Shown here: positions 49,140 to 61,110 of the stretch, one piece after another
How positions within the stretch are numbered: position 1 is the stretch's first letter
How the letters are laid out: every line of letters starts with the position of its first letter
Origin: Lama glama
Taxonomy: Eukaryota
Assembly (NCBI GenBank): GCA_028534125.1
Contig: CM052817.1
Coordinates: 41,046,001-41,110,000, forward strand
Direction of reading: 5' to 3'
Length of the DNA stretch: 64,000 bases
Made by a program: the position numbers and the translations under genes
The notes under the pieces: model-generated
Told to the model about the DNA's origin: nothing
What the model saw: only the letters and a program-made list of their open reading frames with translations
Databases searched by the model: none

Positions 49140-51586
49140 TTCATATACCTGCACTCATGGGAGGAGGGGAGAAGCAAATAATAGACGGGAAAGATTGGAC
49201 CACAGGAGAGAGGCTTGAGAAGCTTGGAACTCTGGAGATGTGAGGAGTATGAATCAAAGTTTCATGAGAAGACCAAGGGCTACTCTCCATTCTTGCTGCT
49301 TCTTCACAAGCACCAGTTTATAAAAGGTTAAGGGAACAACTAGGGTCAGATTCGTTTCTCCCACAGACATTTTGTTTTAAATCTAGTCTTTATTTTCTTC
49401 ACATCAGTCGCGGGACGGATCTTATTTGTGATGTTAGAATCAGGAAATATATTGTGCCATAACTAGTACAACTCAGATTCTGTCTTAGATTAGGATTTTT
49501 TGATTTTCTGGTTTATTTTCCCACTTCCCATTTCTTAAGCTGAGAACTTTAAAAAAAAAAAAAAAGACCAGAAAATAACTATCACACAGTATTAGGCCCA
49601 TAGGAAAAAAATGTTTTTATGAGTCAAGTGCTAATTCATCAGAATTATATAGCTTAAAATAGCTTTAGAGGCTATATATAAGTTCATAGGCAAAACCCCC
49701 TTGGATTTGATTCATCCAGGCTATGAAAACTCTACTCTCAGTTGACAAAACCAGCTGATGAACTCCTGCGCCCCTTATGCACTGTGTTTGTGCGTGCCCT
49801 CCTGCACACCCCCGCGGTGCACAAAGGCCCGAACAACAGTTCTGTATGGACCCACCTTGGGTTTGATTCTTCCAGGGAAGAAGTGAAGAGAAGGCAGTTG
49901 CTCTGAGGATCAGAAGAGTGTTGAGCTTGGCTGTTGGCCTGGGGGAGGTAGATAGGATGAATTCCAGACCTTTCTCCAGGAAAGATATTCTACCCACCTC
50001 TGTTCTATCTCAGCTGCCACCTGCAGCTCACTGCACTGAATTTCATCACACTCTTTGGGAATAAGAAGATAAGGGTCTGAATACCATCTTCCCTGGCCAT
50101 AGAGAAGACACCTTCCTGGTCTCTATCTTCAAACCAGTAACATCTCCGTGGGTTTCTTACTTAAACATATAAGGAATTTTAACATCTTTGTATTTTTTTT
50201 TAAGTTTTAATGTTGCTTCTAAAAATAGAAATATCAAAGAGAAATAAGAACCTCCCTGAACCACATTCCCCAGTGGGTCTGTCATTCCTCTTGCTCAAAT
50301 ATACTTCTCAGGGCCTCTATTCATTATATCTTTTAAGGATATTCAGAGATACCTGTCCCTTTGAGGAATCAGAAGTAGGTGGAAATGACAAAGCTCTCAG
50401 GAATGAATGCTTACCTTTTTTCCTTCCCTGCCGAACACCTCTGGGCATTGCATCACATCCAAATCTAACAGGGTGAATTCTTGCCTAGTCGGAAGGTATC
50501 ATTGGCTGGCCTGCTTTGGAGAGCAGATCCACCGATCATCTCAATAGTGTATGACTAAAGCACAGAGGAAGGAAAATGCCGACAGCTTTGATCAAAGACA
50601 GAGATGGTCTAAACCGGATGCAGGCAATTGTTGGGACTAATAGCTTAGGCCCAATGAATCATACTTGCTTCCCAGAGATTTTAGGAACTTGTTCTGCCTT
50701 GTGGCACCAGGACAAGGTGAAAGAGAAGGTATTGAAGAGATCCTAAAAAGTACTTTTTGAGGATCCGCTTCCAAAGAAATGCCTGGGTGTTTGATTTGCA
50801 CACAGTAAAGAGCTTAGATAAATTTCCTTCTCCACTGAATTGACTGTCATTTTATAGAAACAGCCATAATTAGGAATGTTTATTTTCATAATACATACTT
50901 TCAGATGACAACTCTCGGGGCAGAGGGTCAATGGTATGAATTAACTAAGGTCAAGAGCACTTGGCATGTGGAATGAATTATTGTTGCCTACCTCCCTTTC
51001 AGCAGAAGAGGGAAGTTTAAAATTTGAGGCTAACTGCAAGCCTTCCTAAGACTCTTCTGAGCCATGGGCAGTTACCTGTGGAATGTGATACATGGAGCAT
51101 TTCTTCATCCTGCAATTATTTATTGAGTCAGGCACGATGTTAGATGCTGGCAAAAAAAACAGAAGAGGAAAGTCCCTGTCCTCACAGAGTCTGTAGACCA
51201 ACAGGGGAGAGACATGTCCAACATTCCGGCAGGTGGCTGGAACCCCAGACCTCTTTGGGACCCTATCAGCTTCAGTAAGTACTCTGGTCTCTCAACTCTG
51301 TCAAGAGCGTTCTCAAAGTCTGGCCTGCTGACCTGCTACATCTTTGTCTCCTGAAGCTTGTTTGCCATGCATGTTTGTGGGACTCACCCCAGTCCTACGG
51401 AAGAAAAATCTCTGGCCTTTTAACAAATGTCCCAAAATACTTCTGTTGCCATAAAGTCTCTTGTTGCCCACTTTAACTGTGATGAGACTTTACAGTGTTT
51501 CTGCAAGAGGAAACACATGAGCAAGCATGTTGGTTTGTGGTGGAGTGAGCACTGAATTTGTGGCTTTAGACATGCCTTTAAATGTT

Positions 51587-51620
51587 TTTTATTTTTGGGG
51601 GGGGGTAATTAGGTTATTTA
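51587..51620 (-). mobile_element. minimal 3'-tail fragment of a Vic-1-like SINE
   Basis: reverse complement taaataacctaattacccccccccaaaaataaaa matches the tails of the other copies; TSD tttaaatgtt (51577-51586, 51621-51630). Confidence 0.75.
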
Positions 51621-51774
51621 TTTAAATGTTGGTTTCCCCAAATACAACTTTGCTTTTGAATCTAAGTTTCTTTTCCCCCCAGCCCACTGAAGGATTGTAT
51701 GTGATGGTGCCAAGTGCACTGTCTGTGATTGCTTCTTTTAGCTTCTTTATCTAATAACTAATTCATAAATAATG

Positions 51775-52735
51775 TTAAAACACAAGCCAAGGACAGGGAG
51801 AAGATACTTGCTATGTATATACATAAATTATTGTTCAGAATATATGTTTAAATGGATTTCTGTAAATCAGTAGACTAAAGATAAATAACTGCATAGAAAA
51901 ATGAGCAAAGAATGTGAACAGGAAATTGACAGAGAAGGAAACTGAATCAGAAAAAAACTTAATGGGTCACAAGGAAATGTGAATTAAAACACCCGTGAGG
52001 CAGACACCTTTTACTGTAGTCTGACATTAGCAAAAACTAAAAAGTCTGATAATTTGAAGAGCTGTCTCGATGTGGGTGGAATAGTATCCTCCTGCACTGG
52101 TCTTGGGAATATAAAACCCACTTTCAAGCTATATTGAAGCATCTAGTAAAATTCAAGATAAAATACATAGGTCTTAATACTCCCACTTATGTGTCCATAC
52201 CCAGCAGAAACTCTGGTGTATGTGCACCAGGCCATGTAATAGGATGGACATTGCAGTATTGTTTATAAGCGTACACAAAGTTAGAATTAGTCCACATGTC
52301 CACTATAGAGGAATGAATGGGCAAATAAAGTGAGCAGTGAAAAGGGATCATCTAAATCAACTGGTTAGATCTCAAGAACTTTATGTTGTGTGAAAACAAG
52401 GAGAAGAACACAACACTCAATATGAATCACTTGTGTACAAACGATAGTATTTTGGGTTGCTTTGTAATGCATGTTTATGTATGTAAACTTTTAAAAATGG
52501 AATATAAGGTATCAAAACTCATGATATTTGTTGCCTGAGAAGGATGAGGGGAAAAGGACAGGTGGCTGAAGATCTTTGACTGTATCTGTCATTTAATTCC
52601 ACTAAAACAAAATATTAAAACCTGGAAGACAGACAACCAAATGGAGCAGTTGCTCAGCCTGGATCATAGTACAATGAGTGTGGCTGTATCGTTTTTTTGT
52701 AGTTTTATGCAACGTTAATGTTTTTGAAAATTAAT
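51775..52735 (+). mobile_element. old L1M (L1ME-like) ORF2 end and 3' UTR
   Basis: caagccaaggacagggagaagatacttg...atagaaaaatgagcaaagaatgtgaacagg...gaaatgtgaattaaaac...cattgcagtattgtttataa. Confidence 0.8.
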
Positions 52736-53687
52736 AAGTGACACTGAGTGCTCTTCATTGTCTCACGGTGGAAGAAGCTATCTGGACAGACGAAAAGTAG
52801 TTGCTGACCTGGAAATGCGGTGAGGGGTCCTGGTTTACCTACCAGAGGGTCCAGGGTTGGCTGGGGAGTGTTGCAGGTCCCCAAGAAACTTTCAGGACCT
52901 GCCCACGGAGGGAGGCCCCAAGAATATGGGCCATGTTTGCGGTATGATTCTATTTATTTTTAATGCTCTCAGCCACTGTTTATGTAGACAGCGGAATTAT
53001 CACTCAGAGACTCAGAGGCTAAATGGCTCTCTTCTCTTCCACGTCGTCCCTCCATCACACCTGCCGCTTGCCTGTGGTTTGGCAACCATACTTGACTGCC
53101 TTCCAATCGGCCACTCCTCTTCATTTGTTTTATCTTCCTATCTGGTAGGTGGCTGCTGTGGGAGTATGAAGGAGACAAGGAGAGGAGAAAACAAAGAGGG
53201 AGGATGTAATTTACTCTGGCTAAAAGAAGGCTATTGCTTGGTTTACCATCCAGAGGGTCAAATTTCACTACCTGAGCCACACGTGATTGTAGAGATGAGG
53301 ATAACAGGGATTCCCACTTCCAGGCCCCTGAGCAGTTTTGTAAGTGACCCTAAGCTTCTTGCAGCCCATCCTGCAGAAATGCAGCACACAGAGACACAGA
53401 GACACACACACCCACCTCCAGCTTGTTTGGGCAGCATCTCTACCCATGGATAAAAAGCAGTATTCAAGAGAGTGCAGTAGGTTCATTTTCACGTGCTTCT
53501 CCACATACGCATTTATCTTGCAAGCTCAAAGTAATGCAAGTCAAAGAAAAAGAGGGCTTATTTTCCTTTGCAATTAATGTGTTATTCTTTGGCTTTGATA
53601 TACCACCTAGGTTTTTCTCTTCTTGGAAACAGGATAGATGTTTGTTGATTCTGTCCTGCTAGAAAAAAGTTGCCTTAGTATAAAGCA

Positions 53688-53859
53688 GCAGATTTCCAAA
53701 AAGTGTACTCTCTGTGCTAGCAGCACCAGCATTATCTGGAAACCTGTTAGAAGTGCAAATTCTTGGGCCCTACCCTAGACCTACGACTGGTGAAGTTCCG
53801 GCAGTCTGTGTTTTAATAAGCTTTCCGGGTCATTCTGATGTAAAAGTTTGAGATCCTCA
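53688..53859. mobile_element. MER5A MITE with a SINE inserted at its end
   Basis: cagcagcaccagcattatctggaaacctgttagaagtgcaaattcttgggccctaccctagacctac...aaaagtttgaga. Confidence 0.85.
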
Positions 53860-53982
53860 GGGGAAGGGTATAGCTCAAAGTGGTGGAGCACATGCTTAGC
53901 ATGCATGAGGTCCTGGGTTCAATCCCCAGTACCTCCTCTAAAAAAAGTAAATAGGTAAACCTAATTACCACCACCACCCCAA
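53860..53982 (+). mobile_element. Vic-1-like tRNA-Ala SINE, full length
   Basis: ggggaagggtatagctcaaagtggtggagcacatgcttagcatgcatgaggtcctgggttcaatccccagtacctcc with Pol III A and B boxes; 18-bp TSD aaaagtttgagatcctca / aaaagtttgagaccctca (53842-53859, 53983-54000). Confidence 0.93.
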
Positions 53983-54312
53983 AAAAGTTTGAGACCCTCA
54001 ATTAAAAAGAAACAGCATAGGACCAAAAATCTGGAGATGTGAGTTCAGATTTCAGTTCGTTTACTTACCAGCTCTGCCACCTCGGACAGAAAACCCATTA
54101 GGATCCAGTGATTTTATAAAATGTAAACATCAGCTAGTTACTGAATGAGTCATGTCTATGAAACTTGCATGAAACCTGTGAAGGATCGTGTGATGCACGT
54201 TGTTATGATTGCTGTTATCTCATCCTGGGAGTGGTTTTGTTTGCTAAATCAGATGTCCAGATATAAGCATCTCTTCTGCTTCTCTTAGAAGCTGTTTACT
54301 ACTATTCAGAAA

Positions 54313-54505
54313 AAGCTGCCAGATTTAGCAAATAAAAATACAGGACACCCAGTTCAATTTGAATTTCTAATAAACCACAAGTTTTTTTTTTAAATCTAAG
54401 TATGTCCTAAGTATTGAATGGACATACTTAACACTGAAAAATTACTCACTGTCTTTAACAAGTACTATATTTAATCTGGTGTCTTGTATTTACTCTGGTA
54501 ACCCT
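54313..54505. mobile_element. MER53 palindromic MITE
   Basis: gctgccagatttagcaaataaaaatacaggacacccagtt...taagtatgtcc...ggacatactta...tgtcttgtatttactctggtaaccct. Confidence 0.9.
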
Positions 54506-54569
54506 CTTTTAAGGGGTCTTTTTTTAAGGTTAGAGAACAGTTTTTATTGATTTCAAAACGTTCATATGT

Positions 54570-54960
54570 AAAAAGGAATGCTTTAAGCTGGAAGTAACAG
54601 AAACTCCTAGTGGTTTTAATAAACAGTTTATTTCTCTTACACAGCAAGTAGTCTTGGAGAGAGGTGATCCTAAGAAAGGTTCAGTGGCTCAAAGATATCA
54701 AAGATCTGGTCCTGGGTTCCTGTGATTCTCTTGGCCTTTCCCTCATCATCACAGAATGGCTGCAGTAGCACTAAGCATTGTATCCTCACAGAGTTTTCTT
54801 GTCAGACGACTTTATAATGTTAGGAAGAGAAATATCTTTCCCAGAATTTTTTTGAAAACCTGGTACGTTACCTAGCTTTTCCAGTCTCCAGAGTGGAAGT
54901 GACCAAGGAGGGATGATGGGCTCAGGAGGCACCTGGGGTAGCTAAGTGAAAGTGTCTGCC
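54570..54960 (-). mobile_element. MLT1K-like LTR
   Basis: atgctttaagctggaagtaacagaaa...ttcagtggctcaaagatatca...agaatggctgcagtagcactaagcat. Confidence 0.7.
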
Positions 54961-54964
54961 AGTG

Positions 54965-55210
54965 TTGGGCAAACATTTATTGAGTGCTTACTGTGTGCCA
55001 GTCCCTCTGCCTAGTATGAGAAATGTAGGATATATCAGACAACGTTTTTGCCCTCCAGGAGCTTATAGTTTATTCAGGAAGCAGATGTGTCACATGAACC
55101 GGTGTGATTGGCTCTGTGCTATGTTAGAGGCATGTGCCAGGTGTGATGAGAGCTCACAGAAGGGCCACTTCTCTTAGGCCAGGAGGTTCAAAAAGGCCTC
55201 CCGAAGACAG
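54965..55210 (-). mobile_element. L2 3' end
   Basis: caaacatttattgagtgcttactgtgtgccag...tttgccctccaggagcttatagt. Confidence 0.8.
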
Positions 55211-55970
55211 TCTGCTTAGCACATAGTAGATGTGTGGGATCATGTGAGGATCAGTTTACGTATATACAAATCTTTATTGTGGTTTCTGGCACATAATAAG
55301 CATGCAATAAATGTGAGCTCTTCTAATGATTATTATCCTAGTAGGACTCAGTGGCTGGCCTGTCACACAAGTGCGCATCTAAATGAGGGAGTGACCCACC
55401 TTTCCTGACACAGGGTTAGGAAGCTGAGCAACGAGTGGTGAGAATGAGCAGAAACTGAGTAAAGGGCAGAACCAGGGAAATTAAAATTCACAGATCCGAA
55501 GAGCTATCTAATCAGTGGTTCTCAAAATTTTAATCTCAGCTCTTTTTCCTTTATGTGTATGAGTGTGTGATCTTCACATGGCTATTGATGTGAATTAGAA
55601 TTTAAAATAAATTAACTAAACATAATAAAGTAACTAAAAACAAATCAAAACATGGGGTTACTATGCTGCTTTGTTTTCCAGTTGTATCATACTTCCCCTC
55701 GCCCCACAAAACCCATTCAGATGACCTCCCCCTGCCTCCCGGGTTAATACATTACTGCACTGAAGAGCATGTAGATTGGTGGGTTTTTTCCCCTGTGGTT
55801 CCCCAGGTCTCTGGAGGGTGCCATAGGGCAACCTCAGGGGATGAATGAGAAAGCCAAGTTTTCTGGACTCTGTTGTATGAACAATTTCACCTGCCCCTTT
55901 CCCCATAACATAAAACACATGCAGGCACACAGACAACAGACACACACACACATGCCAAACAGGGCTTCCA

Positions 55971-56470
55971 NNNNNNNNNNNNNNNNNNNNNNNNNNNNNN
56001 NNNNNNNNNNNNNNNNNNNNNNNNNNNNNNNNNNNNNNNNNNNNNNNNNNNNNNNNNNNNNNNNNNNNNNNNNNNNNNNNNNNNNNNNNNNNNNNNNNNN
56101 NNNNNNNNNNNNNNNNNNNNNNNNNNNNNNNNNNNNNNNNNNNNNNNNNNNNNNNNNNNNNNNNNNNNNNNNNNNNNNNNNNNNNNNNNNNNNNNNNNNN
56201 NNNNNNNNNNNNNNNNNNNNNNNNNNNNNNNNNNNNNNNNNNNNNNNNNNNNNNNNNNNNNNNNNNNNNNNNNNNNNNNNNNNNNNNNNNNNNNNNNNNN
56301 NNNNNNNNNNNNNNNNNNNNNNNNNNNNNNNNNNNNNNNNNNNNNNNNNNNNNNNNNNNNNNNNNNNNNNNNNNNNNNNNNNNNNNNNNNNNNNNNNNNN
56401 NNNNNNNNNNNNNNNNNNNNNNNNNNNNNNNNNNNNNNNNNNNNNNNNNNNNNNNNNNNNNNNNNNNNNN
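55971..56470. other. assembly gap (500 N)
   Basis: run of N just after a CA-rich tract. Confidence 1.
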
Positions 56471-56737
56471 ACCTCTGCCTCAATTCATATGCTTGCATCT
56501 TCACCACTGAAGATTTGTCAGCCTGGGGATGACTTGATTGGAGCTGAAGAAATGTTATAGGCCAAGTCATGACATCGCATAGTGTGAATTACTGTTTAGA
56601 AAAAACCTGGGTTTGTATGAAGTTTGGCTGAAGTGAGGGAAAGAGTCATCATGCTGAGATGGGAATGAGAGTTGGAATCTCTTTTAAAATCTGCATGTTC
56701 ATTCGTCAGTGTCCGGTGTTGAAGTGAGAATTTGAGA

Positions 56738-56935
56738 GGAATATTACTCAGCCATAAAAAAAGAATGAAATAATGCCATTTACAGCAACCGGGATGGAAC
56801 TAGAGATTATCATATTAAGTGAAGTAAGTCAGACAGAGAAGGACAAATATCATATGATATCACTTATCTGTGGAATCTAAAAAAAAACCACAAATGAACT
56901 GATTTACAAACCAGAAACAGACTCACAGACATAGA
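56738..56935 (+). mobile_element. L1 fragment: end of ORF2 and start of 3' UTR
   Basis: EYYSAIKK / NEIMPFTATGMELEIIILSEVSQTEKDKYHMISLICGI* with a +1 slip in the A-run. Confidence 0.92.
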
Positions 56936-57144
56936 TTACCTTGCATCTTTTGAGACCTGACTTGTGCATCTTTTCCCTCCCTGTAAAGTCTCATTACCCA
57001 CCATTGTCCTGTTGCCCCAACGTCTGTGCCACTGCTCTTTATTCCTTCAACAGACCCAGCACTGTCACTCCTCCAGGCTCTTGCCTTTGCCCAGAATTCC
57101 CTACCCTCCAATCTGGCAAAATTCTACTCTGTTCATTGTCGAGG

Positions 57145-57530
57145 CAAATCCCTTATCAGACATGTAATTTGCAGATACATTCTCCCATTCTGTGGCTCAT
57201 TTTTTCACTTTCTTGATGGTATTCTTTGAAGCGCAAAATTTTTAATTTTGAGGAAGTCCAAGTTATATATTTTTTTCTTTTGTTCCTTGGGATATTGTAT
57301 CTGAGAAGACTTTGCTTAATCCAAGGTCATGAGGTTGCCTTCTGTGCTTTCTTCTAAGATTTTCAATAGTTTTAGTTTAGACATTTAGGTCTGTGATCCA
57401 TTTAGAGTTAATTTTTTATCTATGGTGTGAGGAAGGAGTCCAACTTCATTTCTTTGCAAATGGATATGCACCATTTGTTGAAAAGACTATTCTTTCCTTA
57501 CTACATTGTTTTGGCACCCTTGTCAAGAAT
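57145..57530 (-). mobile_element. older L1 ORF2 fragment
   Basis: cccttatcagacatgtaatttgcagatacattctcccattctgtgg...tttaggtctgtgatccatttagagttaattttt...caccatttgttgaaaagactattctttcc. Confidence 0.9.
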
Positions 57531-57902
57531 TTATATGTCTAGTCTTATGCTGCCATATCTTTTGAATGAGAAAATAACCCAAGTTTGGGAAATATCAGGA
57601 TGTGCTACTACCACTGTCCTTTGTTAGATTTATCTTATGCCTTTGAAACATTTAAAATGATCCACCACTGCCTTTTAAAAATTTGATTGATCTGATTTAG
57701 ACTTTATCCTATATTTCACATAAAAAATTAAAAGTGAGAAAATTATTACCAGCTTTTTGTTTGTTTGTTTGTTTTTTCACTTTTCCAAAAAAGAAAAGAA
57801 AAAAAACAAGCCGTGGAGATGTGGCTTGGTACACACGCTACTTACTGTCACACGTTTTCCCGAACATCTCTCTCTCTCTCTCTTTCTGCATTCTTCCCTC
57901 AG

Positions 57903-57942
57903 TGCATAACCCGGCTGGACCAACAGTGGGTTTTGTGGCTAG
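57903..57942 (+). other. candidate 40-nt exon
   Basis: (TC)n-rich tract ...ctgcattcttccctcag | TGCATAACCCGGCTGGACCAACAGTGGGTTTTGTGGCTAG | gtaacc. Confidence 0.3.
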
Positions 57943-58154
57943 GTAACCATGCTTAATTCTTTCTTTATGTTCATCACTGTGGATTTTCAATAGACCTCTA
58001 GCAGGCTTGTTTATCTACCCCAAATATCTCAAAAATCCTTTTGAAAATGTGCGCTGTTTCTCTGCCCTGAAGGTAAAACACAGCAACCTTGTTTAACAGC
58101 AAAGCTCACGGGGCTGGGAGTTTAGGAACAGCAGGGTTGATTGTCTTCCCTCTG

Positions 58155-58330
58155 GGTCTCGTCCTTATTTGTTCGCTAAGGGCTGAGGAGCAGAGTTGGA
58201 GAGGGGCGCACCGGCTGGCCGGCCAGAGCCGCGCCGTTGACGGGAAGGCAGCATATGGGATGCCTTTCATGGGCCGCTCTGCCTGCAGAGTGTGTGAGAG
58301 GCAGGCGGTGGCAGCAGACCTCGGGGCAGA
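58155..58330. promoter_or_regulatory. small CpG-rich patch, possible enhancer or alternative promoter
   Basis: about a dozen CpGs in about 170 bp against a CpG-depleted background; not part of a recognised repeat. Confidence 0.4.
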
Positions 58331-59137
58331 GTTAATCTGTATCCCCAGGGGCACAGATGATTTCCAAATCTTGAAGCCACCCCGACTGGTCTCAGGACAC
58401 CAGGCTAACAGAGCAGAGGGTGACTCGGACCCAGAACGGATGGTAGAAAGTGATACTGGAATGGAACTTGGTATCTACCTACCGATCCCTCCCCTGGCCT
58501 GGAGTCCCAGTGTTATCTCCTTAGTGACATATGCTGCGGTATTTTATCTTACCCTCTAAGGAGGAGCAAGGTGGACATATGGGGAAGTGGCGTTCAGTGC
58601 ATCCAATAAGAACACTAAGCAACAAACTCTGATCAGCCTTGAATCATTTTTGCAAGATGATATAAGGACTTAAAGCTAGGCATTGTTTTCTCTGAAGCCA
58701 GTGCCTGGATAACTCTTTAAAATAGCCTGAGAAATTAATTTGCTGACGATTCTGTAACACAACTATAACTTTCCATTTGCATAATTTGTGCCAGCTTCTG
58801 CTTTGTCCTCTGTGAGTACTCACCAGACACACAGAATTGGTCTACTCTACAGCACAAATGAGAACTTACTATCCCTACTTAGGTTATTTCTTCTTCGTAG
58901 GTGAAGGTAGGATAGAAAGGTATAAATAACATGAACATCACTTATTCAGTTGGGATTTTCCTTTGAAGAACTCTCTATTTATCAGTTTAGCTTGCACCAT
59001 GGATGTATTCTGAAGCACTTACCTTTAGTAGAGCCTATTACTTTGAAGTTCCAGGTCCCTCTCTAAACCTTTTCCAGGATAAGAGTTTCTAATCTTCCTT
59101 GGTTAAGGGATGTTTTCGAAATACTCTTGGTTAAAGA

Positions 59138-59330
59138 ACTGGTTCTCAGTGGTGGACAGTCCAACCTGAAGGGTGTTTAGCAACATGCTGTCACAGAGAC
59201 AGAGGGGACCACTGGATATAGTGGATGGGGCAAGAGATGCTAAACGTCTTGCTATGTGAGGGACAGTCCTGCACGACAATGAATTTTCCCACCCAGAATG
59301 TGAGCAGAGCCCCCCACATTGAAAAGCTGA
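59138..59330. mobile_element. MER20/MER3-like hAT-Charlie MITE
   Basis: ctggttctca...agagatgctaaacgtcttgc...gggacagtcctgcacgacaatgaattttcccacccagaatg...cattgaaaagctg. Confidence 0.75.
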
Positions 59331-59684
59331 GCCCGAGTTGTTAGTGGATAGAGAGACCCCCAAATTGGAAAGCCCGCCAAATGTGTGGGTCCCTGCCTGC
59401 CTGTTGAGAAAGAATTCTCAGCAGAGGCAGACGGACAAAGTGAAAGGCTGCTTTATTAACAGAGTCACATTCCTGGGCTTTTGTGTGGACTGGTGTGTAC
59501 TTGTCTCTGTGTCGTGTGCTGACAACCATAAAGAGCAGACACAGGAAGGTCTGATGCAGTTAGAGCATCGCCTGGGTCTGGGTGCTCACTTCCCTTCCTG
59601 CCTCCTCTTGATCTGGACTCAGCTGAACCACCTCCCCTCTGCAGCCTCAGTCCTGCCACCTTAGGCAGGATGTTGACAACAACT

Positions 59685-60300
59685 AGTGTGCCCTGAGTGC
59701 GTACTTGGCGTCAGGGAAGATGCTGGATGACTTTTTAATACATTATTTAATTTTGTTACCACAGTATCCCAAAAGGAGGACATTATAATCTCCTCCACAA
59801 AAATGACACATGATGTTTTGAGGGGTTAAATCATTTGCTTATAGTCATGCAGAGGGGACAGAGAAGATTGCAGAGCTGGCATTTGTTTCCACATCTATAC
59901 ATTTATGACACCCTACCCTGGGGTCTGCTGAACTGCACAGTTTCCCCAGCCTTTGTCTCTTCGGCAGACAGACCGTGCGTGGGCTCCCCTGCCAGCTCGC
60001 TCACCCTACGGTGCTGCTCCCTCTGCTAGGAAACTTCTTCAGTCTCCTTCATCTGGCTGATTCCTACTTGGTTTCCAATCTTATTTCCTTGGGGAACCCT
60101 TGGTGACTTTCCCCACTTTGGGTTAGGAGCGCATCTCTGTGCACCCTGTATGTCCCCAGTCGTGGGCAATAATGACAATGTTACAACTGCAGTTCACATG
60201 TCTACACCCCTTACTAGACACCAAGGGACTATGGCTTGTTCCGCACTCTGTCGCTGATGCCTAGCTTGGGTCTGGCACAGATGAGCTGCTACACAGATGT
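59685..60300. mobile_element. MIR (antisense) followed by L2 3' end (sense)
   Basis: gaggggttaaatcatttgctt...; ctccttcatctggctgattcctact...ttactagac...tctggcacaga. Confidence 0.6.
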
Positions 60301-60884
60301 GTGCGGGGTGTGGAGACAGTGGCCTGGGCTCACCCCTCTGGCTCTTACCATTCCTGGACTGATGGGTCCTACCCCCTAACCCCAGCCCTCTCTGATCACA
60401 ATTAGCCTTCTTGATTGGGACCCCCGGCCAGGCCACCTCTAGTGGGGAGCATGAGCAGAGCTTGCGTGGGAGACGAGCACTGGTGGATGTGGAAGAGGGG
60501 GATTTCATGAGAGAGGTGGCCGAGAATTTGTGGCCCCACAGCAGGACTTATGGGACAAGTGCGACCAACTGTCATAATGTGGACTCCCTGGGCCATGTAA
60601 GGAGTTAGAAATCGCTTCCTGATCCACCAACTTCCTCTAACCTATTGCAATCAAATGAAAACCCAAGCTGGGTCCAGTGGGGTTCCCACCCCCCAAAACC
60701 TCCAAGCGACTTGATAGAAAAAAAGTTGTGGGTTTTATGAGAAAAACAACAGGGAAGACACGCTTCTTGAATAATGCTGTTGGCATTTAACATTAAAGAA
60801 GACCGGTTCATTACTCAGAAGTCGGCAACTCAGGCACATTTTTATAGGATTATTTCAATCCTCAGCATAATTATGACCTCGTGA

Positions 60885-61110
60885 TGATGCCTACTGTGTG
60901 CCGGGGCACTGCATGTGAGCCTGTGTGGGTTCATCTGTTTGCTTATTTCTTTTTCTCCCTAATATTTACCACAATCCTAAGGCTTGGGTGTTATTTCCCC
61001 TCTTTCCCACATAGGGAGCAAAGGTTCAATCACTTGCCCAAGGTCATGCACCTGGTAAAAGGGCTGAGACAGAATCTGAACTCAGGTCTGTCTGAATGAA
61101 AAGTCTGATG
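60885..61110 (-). mobile_element. MIR SINE
   Basis: tgcctactgtgtgccggggcactg...cacttgcccaaggtcatgcacctggtaa...tgaactcaggtctgtctga. Confidence 0.8.

Noticed and set aside
52857..53453. 198-aa ORF
   Set aside because: TTG start, no recognisable homology, and it runs through a CA-rich tract.
55841..56570. 239-aa and 227-aa ORFs
   Set aside because: Artefacts of translating through 500 Ns.
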